64,000 bases of DNA from an uncultured Solibacteraceae bacterium (GCA_964419785.1 CAYQRM010000190.1:31290-95289), one strand, 5' to 3'; counted from the stretch's first letter, positions 20,385 to 29,361 are shown. Numbers and translations are program-made. Notes: generated by a model not told the origin, from the sequence alone.

Positions 20385-20489
20385 GAGCAAGGGGCCTGAC
20401 CCCGATTGGCGTCAGCCGGGTCTGGCCCCTCGGGAGTTTGAGCTGAGCAAGGGGTCTGGCCCCGCAGGCGTAAGCCGGGCCTGACCCCC
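20385..20489. repeat. two tandem 45-bp GC-rich REP-like units (period 60 bp), each with two GGGYCTGRCCCC half-sites
   Basis: Unit 1 (20385-20429) is GAGCAAGGGGCCTGACCCCGATTGGCGTCAGCCGGGTCTGGCCCC. Unit 2 (20445-20489) is GAGCAAGGGGTCTGGCCCCGCAGGCGTAAGCCGGGCCTGACCCCC. A third copy lies at 28089-28128. Confidence 0.8.
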
Positions 20490-20534
20490 TTGGCTCGTTC
20501 GAAGCAGAACGCTCGGAGAGAGAGACATCAGACG

Positions 20535-21473
20535 ATGGGAATCGACAGAGTCGGGATCGTCTTCGGGATGGAGGAGAGTTTTCCACCGGCGCTGGTGGAG
20601 CGCGTCAATCGCCTCGGCGTCACGGGAGTGACGGCTGAGTTCGTGAACATCGGCGCCGTGCGGATGGACGAGCCGGCGCGCTACAAAGTCATCGTCGATC
20701 GCATCTCGCACGACATTCCGTTCTATCGCGCGTATCTGAAGAACGCGGTGCTCGCCGGCGCCACGGTCATCAACAATCCGTTCTGGTGGAGCGCGGACGA
20801 CAAGTTCTTCAACTACGCGCTCGCTGCGCGACTCGGCGTGGCCGTGCCGCCGACGGTGATCCTGCCGCACAAGCAGCATCCGCCGAACACGACCGAGAAG
20901 TCGATGCGCAATCTGCAGTACCCCGTCGACTGGGTGCGCGTGTTCGACTACATCGGGTTTCCGGCGTTTCTGAAGCCATTCGACGGCGGCGGCTGGAAGG
21001 ACGTCTATCAGGTGCGCTCCCCCGACGAGTTCTTCGCCGCGTACGACCAGTCGGGTCAGCTCTGCATGACGCTGCAGCGGGCCGTGAACTTTCAGGAGTA
21101 CTTTCGTTGTTACGTCGTCGGACAGGAGAAGGTACGGATCATGTCGTACGATCCGCGCGCGCCGCATCACGAACGGTACATCCGGAATCCGCCGCCGTAC
21201 GATCCGTCGTTGCTCGCGCGCGTCGAGCGCGACGCGATCACGCTGTGCCGCGCGCTGGGCTACGACCTCAACACCGTTGAGTTCGCTGTCGAGGACGGCG
21301 TGCCGTACGCGATCGATTTCATGAACCCGGCCCCTGACGCCGAGCGGCGATCGGTCGGTGAGGAGAACTTCGAGTGGATCGTCGACGCAGTCGCAGACCT
21401 CGCCGTGAAGTCGGCACTGGCGCCCGCACGCCCGCTCACGTACCGCTGGGACGAGTTTTTGCGCCGCCAATGA
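20535..21473 (+). CDS. ATP-grasp domain protein (RimK/GshB-like amidoligase)
   Basis: Track ORF 20490..21473; the start is ATG 20535 (MGIDRVGIVFG). The ATP-grasp signatures are FPAFLKPFDGGGWKDVYQV (Lys/Gly-rich loop), LQRAVNFQEYFRCYVVG, and LNTVEFAVEDGVPYAIDFMNPAPD (Mg-binding E/N). Confidence 0.82.
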   Translation: MGIDRVGIVFGMEESFPPALVERVNRLGVTGVTAEFVNIGAVRMDEPARYKVIVDRISHDIPFYRAYLKNAVLAGATVINNPFWWSADDKFFNYALAARLGVAVPPTVILPHKQHPPNTTEKSMRNLQYPVDWVRVFDYIGFPAFLKPFDGGGWKDVYQVRSPDEFFAAYDQSGQLCMTLQRAVNFQEYFRCYVVGQEKVRIMSYDPRAPHHERYIRNPPPYDPSLLARVERDAITLCRALGYDLNTVEFAVEDGVPYAIDFMNPAPDAERRSVGEENFEWIVDAVADLAVKSALAPARPLTYRWDEFLRRQ

Positions 21474-21484
21474 CCCAATAACCC

Positions 21485-22594
21485 ATGGTCGCCCCCTCCT
21501 TCACCATCGGCATCGAAGAGGAATACCAGACGATCGATCCGCAGACGTGCGATCTGCGATCGCACATCCAGACGGAAATCGTCGAGAAGGGAAAGCGCCA
21601 GCTCAACGAGCGCGTGAAGGCAGAAATGCACCAGTCGGTGGTCGAAGTCGGCACCGGCGTCTGCCGGACGATCCGCGAGGCGAGCGATGACTTGCGCGAC
21701 CTGCGGCGCCGAATGGTCGCGCTCACCGGCGACAACGGCCTGCACCTCGCGTCCGGTGCGACCCACCCGTTCGCTGACTGGCGTGTTCAGGACGTGTACC
21801 CGGATGAGCGGTACCTGCAGCTTGTCGAGGACATGCAAATGGTCGCGCGCGCGAACCTGATCTTCGGCTTGCACGTGCACGTGGCCATCGAAGACCGCGA
21901 GACGCTGATCCACCTCATGAATCAGATGCGGTACTTCCTGCCGCATCTGCTCGCGCTCTCGGCGAACTCGCCGTTCTGGATCGGCATGAACACCGGATTC
22001 AAGTCGTACCGCTGCAAGGTGTTCGATCGCTTTCCGCGCACGAATATCCCCGACACGTTCACGTCGTGGTCGGATTTTGAGAACTTCGTCAATCTGCTCG
22101 TACGGACGAACTGCATCGACAACGCCAAAAAAATCTGGTGGGACGTGCGCCCGCATCCGTTCTTCGGCACGCTCGAAGTTCGCGTGTGCGACATCCCGAT
22201 GCGCGTGGACGAGACACTCGCGATCGCGGGCTTGATTCAGGCGACCCTGGTCAAGCTCTACCGGTTGCACGCGCGCAACCAGAGCTGGCGGCAGTACAGC
22301 CGCGCGCTGCTCATGGAGAACAAGTGGCGGGCCGCACGGTACGGGCTCGACGGCAAGCTCATCGACTTCGGCCAGGAACGCGAGGTTCCCGAGCGTCAGC
22401 TCATCCTCGAGTACCTCGAGTGGGTCGACGATGTGCTGGATGAGCTGGAGAGCCGGGAGGCGGTCGAGCACGTGCACTGGATTCTCGACCATGGCACCGG
22501 CGCCGATCGCCAGTTGCGGGCGTACGAAGAATCCGGGCATGATCTCAAGGCCGTCGTCGAGTTCATGACGGCTGAGACGCGTGAGGGACTGTGA
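21485..22594 (+). CDS. carboxylate-amine ligase, YbdK / glutamate-cysteine ligase family 2 (GCS2)
   Basis: 369 aa. The N-terminus FTIGIEEEYQTIDPQT is characteristic of the family. It also has GTGVCRTI, HPFADW, GLHVHVAIED, LALSANSPFW and WWDVRPHPFFGTLEVRVCD. It starts 11 nt after the ATP-grasp stop. Confidence 0.88.
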   Translation: MVAPSFTIGIEEEYQTIDPQTCDLRSHIQTEIVEKGKRQLNERVKAEMHQSVVEVGTGVCRTIREASDDLRDLRRRMVALTGDNGLHLASGATHPFADWRVQDVYPDERYLQLVEDMQMVARANLIFGLHVHVAIEDRETLIHLMNQMRYFLPHLLALSANSPFWIGMNTGFKSYRCKVFDRFPRTNIPDTFTSWSDFENFVNLLVRTNCIDNAKKIWWDVRPHPFFGTLEVRVCDIPMRVDETLAIAGLIQATLVKLYRLHARNQSWRQYSRALLMENKWRAARYGLDGKLIDFGQEREVPERQLILEYLEWVDDVLDELESREAVEHVHWILDHGTGADRQLRAYEESGHDLKAVVEFMTAETREGL

Positions 22595-22603
22595 TCCGCG
22601 GCG

Positions 22604-25528
22604 TTACTTGCGATCGAGCCCAGCCGCTCCGAGCGCGCGGAGCCGATCGACGAACCCCGCATCCGCCCGCTCGAGCCCGCGGATTGCCGTCTCTTCGATC
22701 GCAGCCGCGTCGGTCGTGGCGCCAGTGCGGCGAAGCAGCGCAGCCAGCCTGAACGACAGCGCCGTCGCCTCGAGGTCCGCGCCCGGATCGGGGTCATAGC
22801 TCGGCTCACTCAGGGCCGACCGCAACGTCTTAATGGCTGTCTCCCAATCTGCTTTCTGCAGCCAGGCATCCGACAGCGCACGCACGCCGCGGTAGGATCG
22901 CATTCCCTTGTCCATCCGATCGATCGTGCCGGCCAAAATCTGAATCGCCTCTTCCGGTCGGTGCCGTGCAGACGCCAGTTCTCCGAGAAGGACGCGCATG
23001 GTTGCATTTGTCGGATCCCAGTGCGCCGCCTCCGCGCGTTCGAGCAGGTCCTGGGTATCACGGAGATGGCCCGACTCAATGAGAAACCTCATGCAGTCCA
23101 CGAAGTGTCCATTGCCGGTCGGAGCGTCGCGCGAATCACAGAGCCGGCCGAGGTGCCGTGCTTGGGAGGGGAGATCGCCCGCATAGTAGTCTGCGACTGC
23201 CAGAAAGGCTTCGCGATCCGCGGGACCGATCCGGTCGATGGCCGTGCGGGCGGACGAGATCTGTCCCATCGCGAGGTACAGGCTGGCGACGCGCGGGAAA
23301 AGCGATGTCGAGGACTTTCCCATCGCCACGAGTCGGGGGCCGTTGACGACGCGGGCGATCTCGGTGGTCGTGGCATTTGCATCCCGCGCTCGCCACGCGA
23401 GCTCGGCTGGGGCCAGGAGCACGAGCGACGCATCGGGCCCACCGGGCTTGTCCGCCATCGCGTCGAACAAGCGCAGCGCGCGTGCGTAGGACTGCCGCAC
23501 CTGAGCCGCATCGCGTCCCGCGATGAGCAACCAGCGCGTCCCATTGGCCTGCAGACGAAAGTCGTTGGGCCGAAGCTCTGCCGCTGCCGTGGCCATGTCG
23601 ACCGTGCGATCGATCAATCCCGCTGCAGGGTAGAGAAGGGCGAGCTCGTTAACGATCCAGAAGTTGTCCGGCTGCGTTTGCAGCGCGCCCTCGTAGTGCG
23701 CAAGTGTCCGGTCGGCCTCACCCCGAATTTCTGCGGCGCGGCCGAGAATCCACTCGCGCTCGTGGGGAGGCAGCTGAGAATCCTGCGCGGCCGCCTCCGC
23801 GGCGGCCGCGGTCTGCAGCGCGTCGTTCGTGGCGCCCGTCTTGAACTCACACCACGCCTGCCAGATCTGCGCCAGCGCAAAGGCATGATCGCGGCTGGTC
23901 GCCTGCCGGGCGTGCTCGAGCGCGCCAGCCCAGGTGCCACGACCGCCGAGCCGAAGCGCGTCCGAATAGTCGCGCTGGCTTTCGAGGGAGATGGCCGGTC
24001 CCGTCCGCTGGCGACGGATGTCGTGCGCGCCGCCGAGGCGCTGATCAAGTTCCAGCGCGAGCTCCCGCACCGCCTCCGGCGCTAGCGCGTCGGACGCCAC
24101 GCGCACGTGCAGCGACGTCCTGGCCACGCCGGTGGCCGGATCCACGATCTGGGCATTGATCACATCGCCGGCCCGCTCCGCGTCGACGCTGCCGACGATC
24201 ACGGATCGAATACCTGCGTCGCGCCGCGCGACCTCGATCGCCAGCGCCGGCGTCAGCGGACTGTCGATCGGTTGTCTCATGACCTTCAGTGCATCGTCCA
24301 CGCGCACCGACGGCGCGACCGACACCGTGGGCGAGAGCTCGTACTCGAGCCCCGCTTGAATCGTGCGATCGAAGAGAACCTTGCCCGTATGGTTGTCGAA
24401 CGCTCCGACCAAAATCAGTCTCCGTGCGGCGACTTCCGAAGGGGGCTTCAGCCATGGTCCCCAGGCGACCGCCGCAGCGATGCCAAGAGCGGCGACGCTT
24501 CCGCCTGTAACCGCCGCATACCATCGTCGGGTGTGGCTGCGCAGAAACCCGTCGAGCGCGTCGGCCAATTCGCGCGCGGTCGCAAAGCGATCCGACGGCG
24601 CTGGCGCAAGGGCCCGTTCGATGATCGAGGCCAGCGACCGAGGCACCGCTGCGTTCGCGTGACGCAGGGTGACGCGGCTACCTCGAGCGTGCTCGGCGCG
24701 TAGCTCGCTCAGCGAGGCGGCGCGCACGGGGAAGGCACCGGTCGTCAAGTGGAAGAGTAAGACGCCGACGCTGTACGTGTCGCTCTGAACCGTGGCCCGT
24801 TCACCGCACAAGAGCTCCGGCGAGAGATACGCCGGCGTTCCCGCCATCAACGTCGCGCTGCCGCCCGAGGCGTCGAAGCCTGCCCCGAGGTCCATGAGGA
24901 CGATGCGCCCGGTTTCGTCCTGCATGACGTTCTGGGCCTTGACGTCTCGATGAAGAACGCCCGCGTCATGAATTGCCGCGAGTCCGAGGCACACATCACG
25001 CCCGGCCGATGCCGCCGCACGCGCGTCCAGTCGGCCGGAGTCCTTGATGCGGCTCGCGAGCGTGCTGCCCGGAATCAGCTCCATCCAGATGCCCGCGCGT
25101 CCATCGATTCGGGCCGCGCCGAACACGGTCACGACGTGCGGGTGCCGCACACGCGCGAGCACGCGTCCTTCTTCGATGGCCTCGGCCGCGAGCGAACCGC
25201 CGCTCCTCTCGACCGACCGGAGGAGCTTCAGGGCGACGTGACGGTCGAGGGCCGGATCGTAGGCTTCATACACGTCGCCAAACGAACCCGATCCGATCGA
25301 CCTGAGGATTCGCAGCGCGCCCCATTGGTTGGAGACCGTGACGGTAGTCTGATGGCTCAGTCGTCGGGATGAAGCCTGATGAAAACTTGCGATGCCGGCG
25401 ATGACGTGCAGTTCGCGCAGGAGCGCGGTCGAGTCCGAGTCAGCTCCGCTTGCCTCGGTGTCATGCCAGTCGACGGCCTCGCCTGCCGCGACCGCCCGCG
25501 CGACGTCGTCGAGCCGCGGATCGTTCAT
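22604..25528 (-). CDS. serine/threonine protein kinase with extracytoplasmic sensor region and TPR-rich C-terminus, coupled to an ECF sigma factor
   Basis: 974 aa. Kinase motifs are GSGSFGDVY, VALKLL, HRDVKAQNVM, DLGAG and GTPAYLSPE, followed by one TM (VAALGIAAAVAWGPW) and then a long helical-repeat region. Its ATG 25528 overlaps the sigma factor stop (ATGA). Confidence 0.88.
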   Translation of the reverse strand: MNDPRLDDVARAVAAGEAVDWHDTEASGADSDSTALLRELHVIAGIASFHQASSRRLSHQTTVTVSNQWGALRILRSIGSGSFGDVYEAYDPALDRHVALKLLRSVERSGGSLAAEAIEEGRVLARVRHPHVVTVFGAARIDGRAGIWMELIPGSTLASRIKDSGRLDARAAASAGRDVCLGLAAIHDAGVLHRDVKAQNVMQDETGRIVLMDLGAGFDASGGSATLMAGTPAYLSPELLCGERATVQSDTYSVGVLLFHLTTGAFPVRAASLSELRAEHARGSRVTLRHANAAVPRSLASIIERALAPAPSDRFATARELADALDGFLRSHTRRWYAAVTGGSVAALGIAAAVAWGPWLKPPSEVAARRLILVGAFDNHTGKVLFDRTIQAGLEYELSPTVSVAPSVRVDDALKVMRQPIDSPLTPALAIEVARRDAGIRSVIVGSVDAERAGDVINAQIVDPATGVARTSLHVRVASDALAPEAVRELALELDQRLGGAHDIRRQRTGPAISLESQRDYSDALRLGGRGTWAGALEHARQATSRDHAFALAQIWQAWCEFKTGATNDALQTAAAAEAAAQDSQLPPHEREWILGRAAEIRGEADRTLAHYEGALQTQPDNFWIVNELALLYPAAGLIDRTVDMATAAAELRPNDFRLQANGTRWLLIAGRDAAQVRQSYARALRLFDAMADKPGGPDASLVLLAPAELAWRARDANATTTEIARVVNGPRLVAMGKSSTSLFPRVASLYLAMGQISSARTAIDRIGPADREAFLAVADYYAGDLPSQARHLGRLCDSRDAPTGNGHFVDCMRFLIESGHLRDTQDLLERAEAAHWDPTNATMRVLLGELASARHRPEEAIQILAGTIDRMDKGMRSYRGVRALSDAWLQKADWETAIKTLRSALSEPSYDPDPGADLEATALSFRLAALLRRTGATTDAAAIEETAIRGLERADAGFVDRLRALGAAGLDRK

Positions 25529-26130
25529 GTCCCACCGGAGTCGGTGCGCATCTCGGCCGCCAGTCTCAGTAGTGCGCGCTCCACCGCCATACGCGCCGCA
25601 TTCGCCGTCGGCTTGCCGAGCAGTACAGCGATTTCCTCGTTGTCGTAGTCCAGCTCCACTCTGGCGATGATCGCTTCGCGATCTTCGGGTCGCAGACGCT
25701 CGAGCGCGCGCTCGTACCGGGCCACGGCTTCGACGCCGATCGCGGCTTCGAGCGGGGACACGCCTTGGTCCGCGACCTGCGAATCCAGCGCGCCCGCTGT
25801 GGGCCGTCGGCCAGCCCGTCGTAACTCATCGCGTATGCGATTGAGAATGCCCTGTCTCAGGTAGGCGTGGAGCGATCCTTCGCCGCGCGGCTCGAAGGCC
25901 TCAATTCGTCTAAACGTCTGAATGAGGGTGTCTTGCACAAGGTCTTGGGTGTCGGCCATGTCGCGCGCCCAGGTCGGCAGCCGCCCGCTCGCCCATCGCT
26001 CGAGGCGAGGGAGATAGCGCGCGATCAGCGCGTCCAGTGCCTCCTGATCGCCGGCACGCGCGCGCTGCAGGAGGTCGAGGGACGACTCCATCCGGGTCTC
26101 GGATTGTAAGGGATCGGTGGGCCTGTGCAT
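25525..26130 (-). CDS. ECF-type RNA polymerase sigma factor (sigma-70 family)
   Basis: Region 2 reads DLVQDTLIQTFRRIEAFEPRGEGSLHAYLRQGILNRIRDELRR. The region 4 helix-turn-helix reads NEEIAVLLGKPTANAARMAVERALLRL. The start is GTG 26130 or, perhaps more likely, ATG 26091 (MESSLDLLQRARAGD). Confidence 0.88.
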   Translation of the reverse strand: MHRPTDPLQSETRMESSLDLLQRARAGDQEALDALIARYLPRLERWASGRLPTWARDMADTQDLVQDTLIQTFRRIEAFEPRGEGSLHAYLRQGILNRIRDELRRAGRRPTAGALDSQVADQGVSPLEAAIGVEAVARYERALERLRPEDREAIIARVELDYDNEEIAVLLGKPTANAARMAVERALLRLAAEMRTDSGGT

Positions 26131-26185
26131 TTGACGCCCGGACGACGTTTCCCTACAGCAGAGGCGAGTCCTCTAGGGAGTCCTC

Positions 26186-26995
26186 ATGCGAACCTTCGTG
26201 ACTATGGTCGTCCTCATACTCGGCGCCAGTGTCGGCGCGGCACCGCGAACGTCTTGGACTTACACGGCCATGGGCGACTCGTTCGCCACGGGCGAGACGT
26301 ACGACCCCAACTACACGCTCGTTCCCTACGTATCGCGCTATGCGGGCGAACTGGCGACCGACAACGGCGTCACTGTCTCGCTGTTCAATCTGGGCCGGCA
26401 CGGCTTGACGAGCGGCCAGCTGTTGAACAATCTGATGACCAACGCCACTTTCCAGACCGACCTGGGGATCTCAGACGTCGTCACGTGGGACATCGGCTTC
26501 AATGACATCGACGGTCCGCACGCCACCTACCTGAGCGGTCGTTGCGGCAAGGGTAACAAGAGCGACAACCAGGACTGCTTGCGCGCGGCCGTAGCCACCT
26601 TCACCGCAAATTGGGACGGCATCGTCGCGCAAATTCTTTCGCGGCGTTCAGCCGGGACCACGATTATCCGGACGATGGATCTCTACGATCCGTGGGTCGC
26701 GATTGACCAGACGACGAACACGACGCCTGACAGCAGGGAAACGGGTCCAGCGCATGGCAATGATTTCCAGGTGTTCGAGTACTATCTGGATGAGATGAAT
26801 AACCACATCGCCCAGAGTGCTGCGGCACATGGCATCCTGGTGGCGCGCGTTCATGACGCGTTCAATGGTGTGAGCGGCACCGAAGACCCGATTGCTGAAG
26901 GCCTCATCGCGCCGGACGGTGTTCACCCCAACGACGCCGGACATCAGCTGATCGCAGACACGTTCCGCAGCCTCGGGTACGGACCGCTCAGATAG
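26186..26995 (+). CDS. SGNH/GDSL-family hydrolase, secreted
   Basis: It has the signal peptide MRTFVTMVVLILGASVGAAP, block I YTAMGDSFATGE (GDS) and block V DGVHPNDAGHQ (DxxH). Confidence 0.85.
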   Translation: MRTFVTMVVLILGASVGAAPRTSWTYTAMGDSFATGETYDPNYTLVPYVSRYAGELATDNGVTVSLFNLGRHGLTSGQLLNNLMTNATFQTDLGISDVVTWDIGFNDIDGPHATYLSGRCGKGNKSDNQDCLRAAVATFTANWDGIVAQILSRRSAGTTIIRTMDLYDPWVAIDQTTNTTPDSRETGPAHGNDFQVFEYYLDEMNNHIAQSAAAHGILVARVHDAFNGVSGTEDPIAEGLIAPDGVHPNDAGHQLIADTFRSLGYGPLR

Positions 26996-27049
26996 GCACC
27001 GCAGGCCGCCAGTTGCGGCAGAAGGCGCACTCCGGGCATCATTTCCTGG

Positions 27050-28060
27050 ATGCCCGTGATAGCCGACACCGATCTTCAGCCTGGCGCACGCAACGCGATC
27101 CGCGTGTGCCTGAACGTTCAGCCGCACGAGCGCGTGACGCTCATCGGCGACGAGGCGTGCGACGACATCGCCGACGCGCTCGCGCGCGAGATCGAGGCCG
27201 TCGGCGCCTCGTACCGCCGCTTCGTGCTCGAGCGCGAAGGCGCGCGGCCGCTCGCGTCGCTGCCCGCCACGATTGCCGCGGACATGGAACTCAGCGCGGT
27301 CAGCATCTTCTGCGCCCGCGCTCAGGCCAACGAGCTCGGCTCGCGCATGCAGATGACCGACATCGTCAATCGCCGGCGCATGCGCCACGCGCACATGGTG
27401 AACATCACGCGACAGATCATGCTCGAGGGCATGCGCGCCGATTACGCGACCGTCGACCGCATCAGCCGCCGCGTGCTCGAGATCGTTCAGCCTGCGAAGA
27501 CCATTCGTGCGACCACGCCCGCCGGGACGGATCTCCAGACGACACTCAATCCGGCGTATCGATGGATCAAGACGAGCGGCCTGATCTCGCCCGAGAAGTG
27601 GGGCAATCTGCCCGGCGGTGAGGTGTTCACGACGCCCGGCGAAGTCAACGGGACGCTCGTCGTCGACGGCGTGGTCGGTGATTGGTTGTGCGATCGATAC
27701 GGCAATCTCGCGGGCTCACCGCTGACGCTCAGAGTCGAGAAGAATCGCCTGGTCGACGCGTCTTCGCCCAACGCGAAGCTTCGCGATGACTTCTGGCGCT
27801 ACACGCACGCCGATGAGAACAGCGATCGCGTCGGCGAGTTCGCGATCGGGACCAACGTCGAGCTGCGACACGTCATCGGGCACATCCTCCAGGACGAAAA
27901 GTTTCCCGGCATCCATATCGCGTTCGGCAACCCGTACGGCGCGCATACCGGCGCCGAGTGGTACTCGTCGACCCACATCGACGTCGTCGGCACGAACTTC
28001 GACATCTTCGTCGACGACCGTCAGATCATGCGACGAGGCCAGTTTCTGATAGGGGCATAA
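27050..28060 (+). CDS. aminopeptidase, M29 (thermophilic metalloprotease / AmpS-PepS) family-like
   Basis: 336 aa. It reads GARNAIRVCLNVQPHERVTLIGDE, and then the family-typical NLPGGEVFTTPGEVNGTLVVDG, GEFAIGTN and ILQDEKFPGIHIAFG. Confidence 0.75.
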   Translation: MPVIADTDLQPGARNAIRVCLNVQPHERVTLIGDEACDDIADALAREIEAVGASYRRFVLEREGARPLASLPATIAADMELSAVSIFCARAQANELGSRMQMTDIVNRRRMRHAHMVNITRQIMLEGMRADYATVDRISRRVLEIVQPAKTIRATTPAGTDLQTTLNPAYRWIKTSGLISPEKWGNLPGGEVFTTPGEVNGTLVVDGVVGDWLCDRYGNLAGSPLTLRVEKNRLVDASSPNAKLRDDFWRYTHADENSDRVGEFAIGTNVELRHVIGHILQDEKFPGIHIAFGNPYGAHTGAEWYSSTHIDVVGTNFDIFVDDRQIMRRGQFLIGA

Positions 28061-28088
28061 CGCGTAACTCCTGGCCGGCCGCTTTGAG

Positions 28089-28128
28089 CCCGGGTCTGGC
28101 CCCGATTGGCGGTAGCCGGGCCCGACCC
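28089..28128. repeat. third copy of the GGGYCTGRCCCC REP-like unit
   Basis: The sequence CCCGGGTCTGGCCCCGATTGGCGGTAGCCGGGCCCGACCC is colinear with the units at 20385-20489 and has the shared upstream TTTGAGC. Confidence 0.75.
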
Positions 28129-28140
28129 GTGGCCGGGTCG

Positions 28141-29361
28141 ATGCAGAACCCGGGTCAGAGTCAAAGGACACCCATGATCCCCGCCTGGCGCGAGCGATTC
28201 AATCGAGAGTTCTCGCTCCTGCGGTATCGGAACTTCGTGCGGCAGATCAGCCGTCGGGCCGGCGTCGACATCGAGTTCCGGCTGTCCGAGACGCCGTGCT
28301 TCTTTCCGGCCTTGCTCCTCGATCAATTGGTGAACGTCGCCGAACAGCTGGTGGGCCAGCTGCTTCGCAACCAGGAATATCGACGCGCGGCCGACGAGAT
28401 CGTGCCGGCGGAGTTCCGCGTGGCGAGAAGCGAGCCAATCCCGACGTTCATGCAGGTGGACTTCGGGCTCGTCGCGACCGACACTGGCGTCGAGGGGCGT
28501 CTGGTCGAGCTGCAGGCATTTCCGTCGCTCTACGGGTTTCAGCTGGCGCTCGCGGAAGTCTCGCGCGAGGTGTACGGCCTCGAGCCGCTCGGCATGTGTT
28601 TTGGCCGTCTCACACGCGACGAGTACGTCGCGCGTGTCGGCGCGGCGATTCTGAACGGCCACGATCCGGCCCAGGTCGTGCTGATGGAGATCGACCCGGC
28701 GCGGCAGAAGACGCGACCGGACTTCGAAGTCACCGAGCAGTTGTGGGGCGTGCGCGCGATCGACATTCGCGCCGTGACGAAACGCGGCACGCGTCTGTTC
28801 TACAGGCGCGACGGCGTCGAGACGCCGATCGCGCGCGTTTACAATCGCGTCATTCCCGACGAGCTTCGGCGCGCGGGGCGCTCGCTGCCTTTCGATTATC
28901 GCGACGATCTCGAGGTCGAATGGGCCGGCGGTCCCGACTGGTTCTTCCGCATCAGCAAGTTTTCGATTCCGTGGCTGAAGCATCCGTGGGTGCCGCTCAC
29001 GCATTACTTGAGCAGCCTGGGCGCGGTGCCGCCTCCTCGCGACGAATGGGTGTTGAAGCCGCTGTTCTCGTTCGCCGGTGGCGGCATCGTCTTCGCGCCG
29101 ACCGATCGCGACCTCGCCGCCATTCCGCACAACGCGCGCGCGAATTACATCCTGCAGCGTCGCGTCGCGTTTACGCCGGTGATCGCCACGCCGGCCGGCC
29201 CGACGCAGGCGGAGATCCGCATCATGTTCGTGCGCGAAGGCGACGCGCTTCGCGCGGTGATGCCGCTCGTGCGCATGGGCCGAGGCCGGATGATGGGCGT
29301 CGACCATAACAAGGGCCTCGAGTGGGTCGGGGCGTCGGCCGCGCTGATCGATCAGTCATGA
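28141..29361 (+). CDS. uncharacterised ATP-grasp-fold-like amidoligase (glutathionylspermidine-synthase-like or circularly permuted ATP-grasp-like)
   Basis: Track ORF 27958..29361; the start is ATG 28141 or ATG 28174 (MIPAWRERF). The motifs are FMQVDFGLVATDTGVEGRLVELQAFPSLYGF, WVLKPLFSFAGGGIVF (Lys plus Gly-rich loop), NYILQRRVAF, AEIRIMFV and MGRGRMMGVDHN. The fold assignment comes from motif resemblance only. Confidence 0.5.
   Translation: MQNPGQSQRTPMIPAWRERFNREFSLLRYRNFVRQISRRAGVDIEFRLSETPCFFPALLLDQLVNVAEQLVGQLLRNQEYRRAADEIVPAEFRVARSEPIPTFMQVDFGLVATDTGVEGRLVELQAFPSLYGFQLALAEVSREVYGLEPLGMCFGRLTRDEYVARVGAAILNGHDPAQVVLMEIDPARQKTRPDFEVTEQLWGVRAIDIRAVTKRGTRLFYRRDGVETPIARVYNRVIPDELRRAGRSLPFDYRDDLEVEWAGGPDWFFRISKFSIPWLKHPWVPLTHYLSSLGAVPPPRDEWVLKPLFSFAGGGIVFAPTDRDLAAIPHNARANYILQRRVAFTPVIATPAGPTQAEIRIMFVREGDALRAVMPLVRMGRGRMMGVDHNKGLEWVGASAALIDQS

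Noticed and set aside
19527-20390. The N-terminal two-thirds of track ORF 18975..20390 (minus strand).
   Set aside because: This part is antisense to the esterase gene, which has a GxSxG nucleophile elbow. Only the 3-prime third, starting at a lipoprotein signal (GTG 19526), looks genuine.
20412-22540. Minus-strand ORFs 20412..21470 and 21260..22540.
   Set aside because: They are antisense to the ATP-grasp and YbdK-type ligase genes. They have biased R/H/D/V composition and no motifs.
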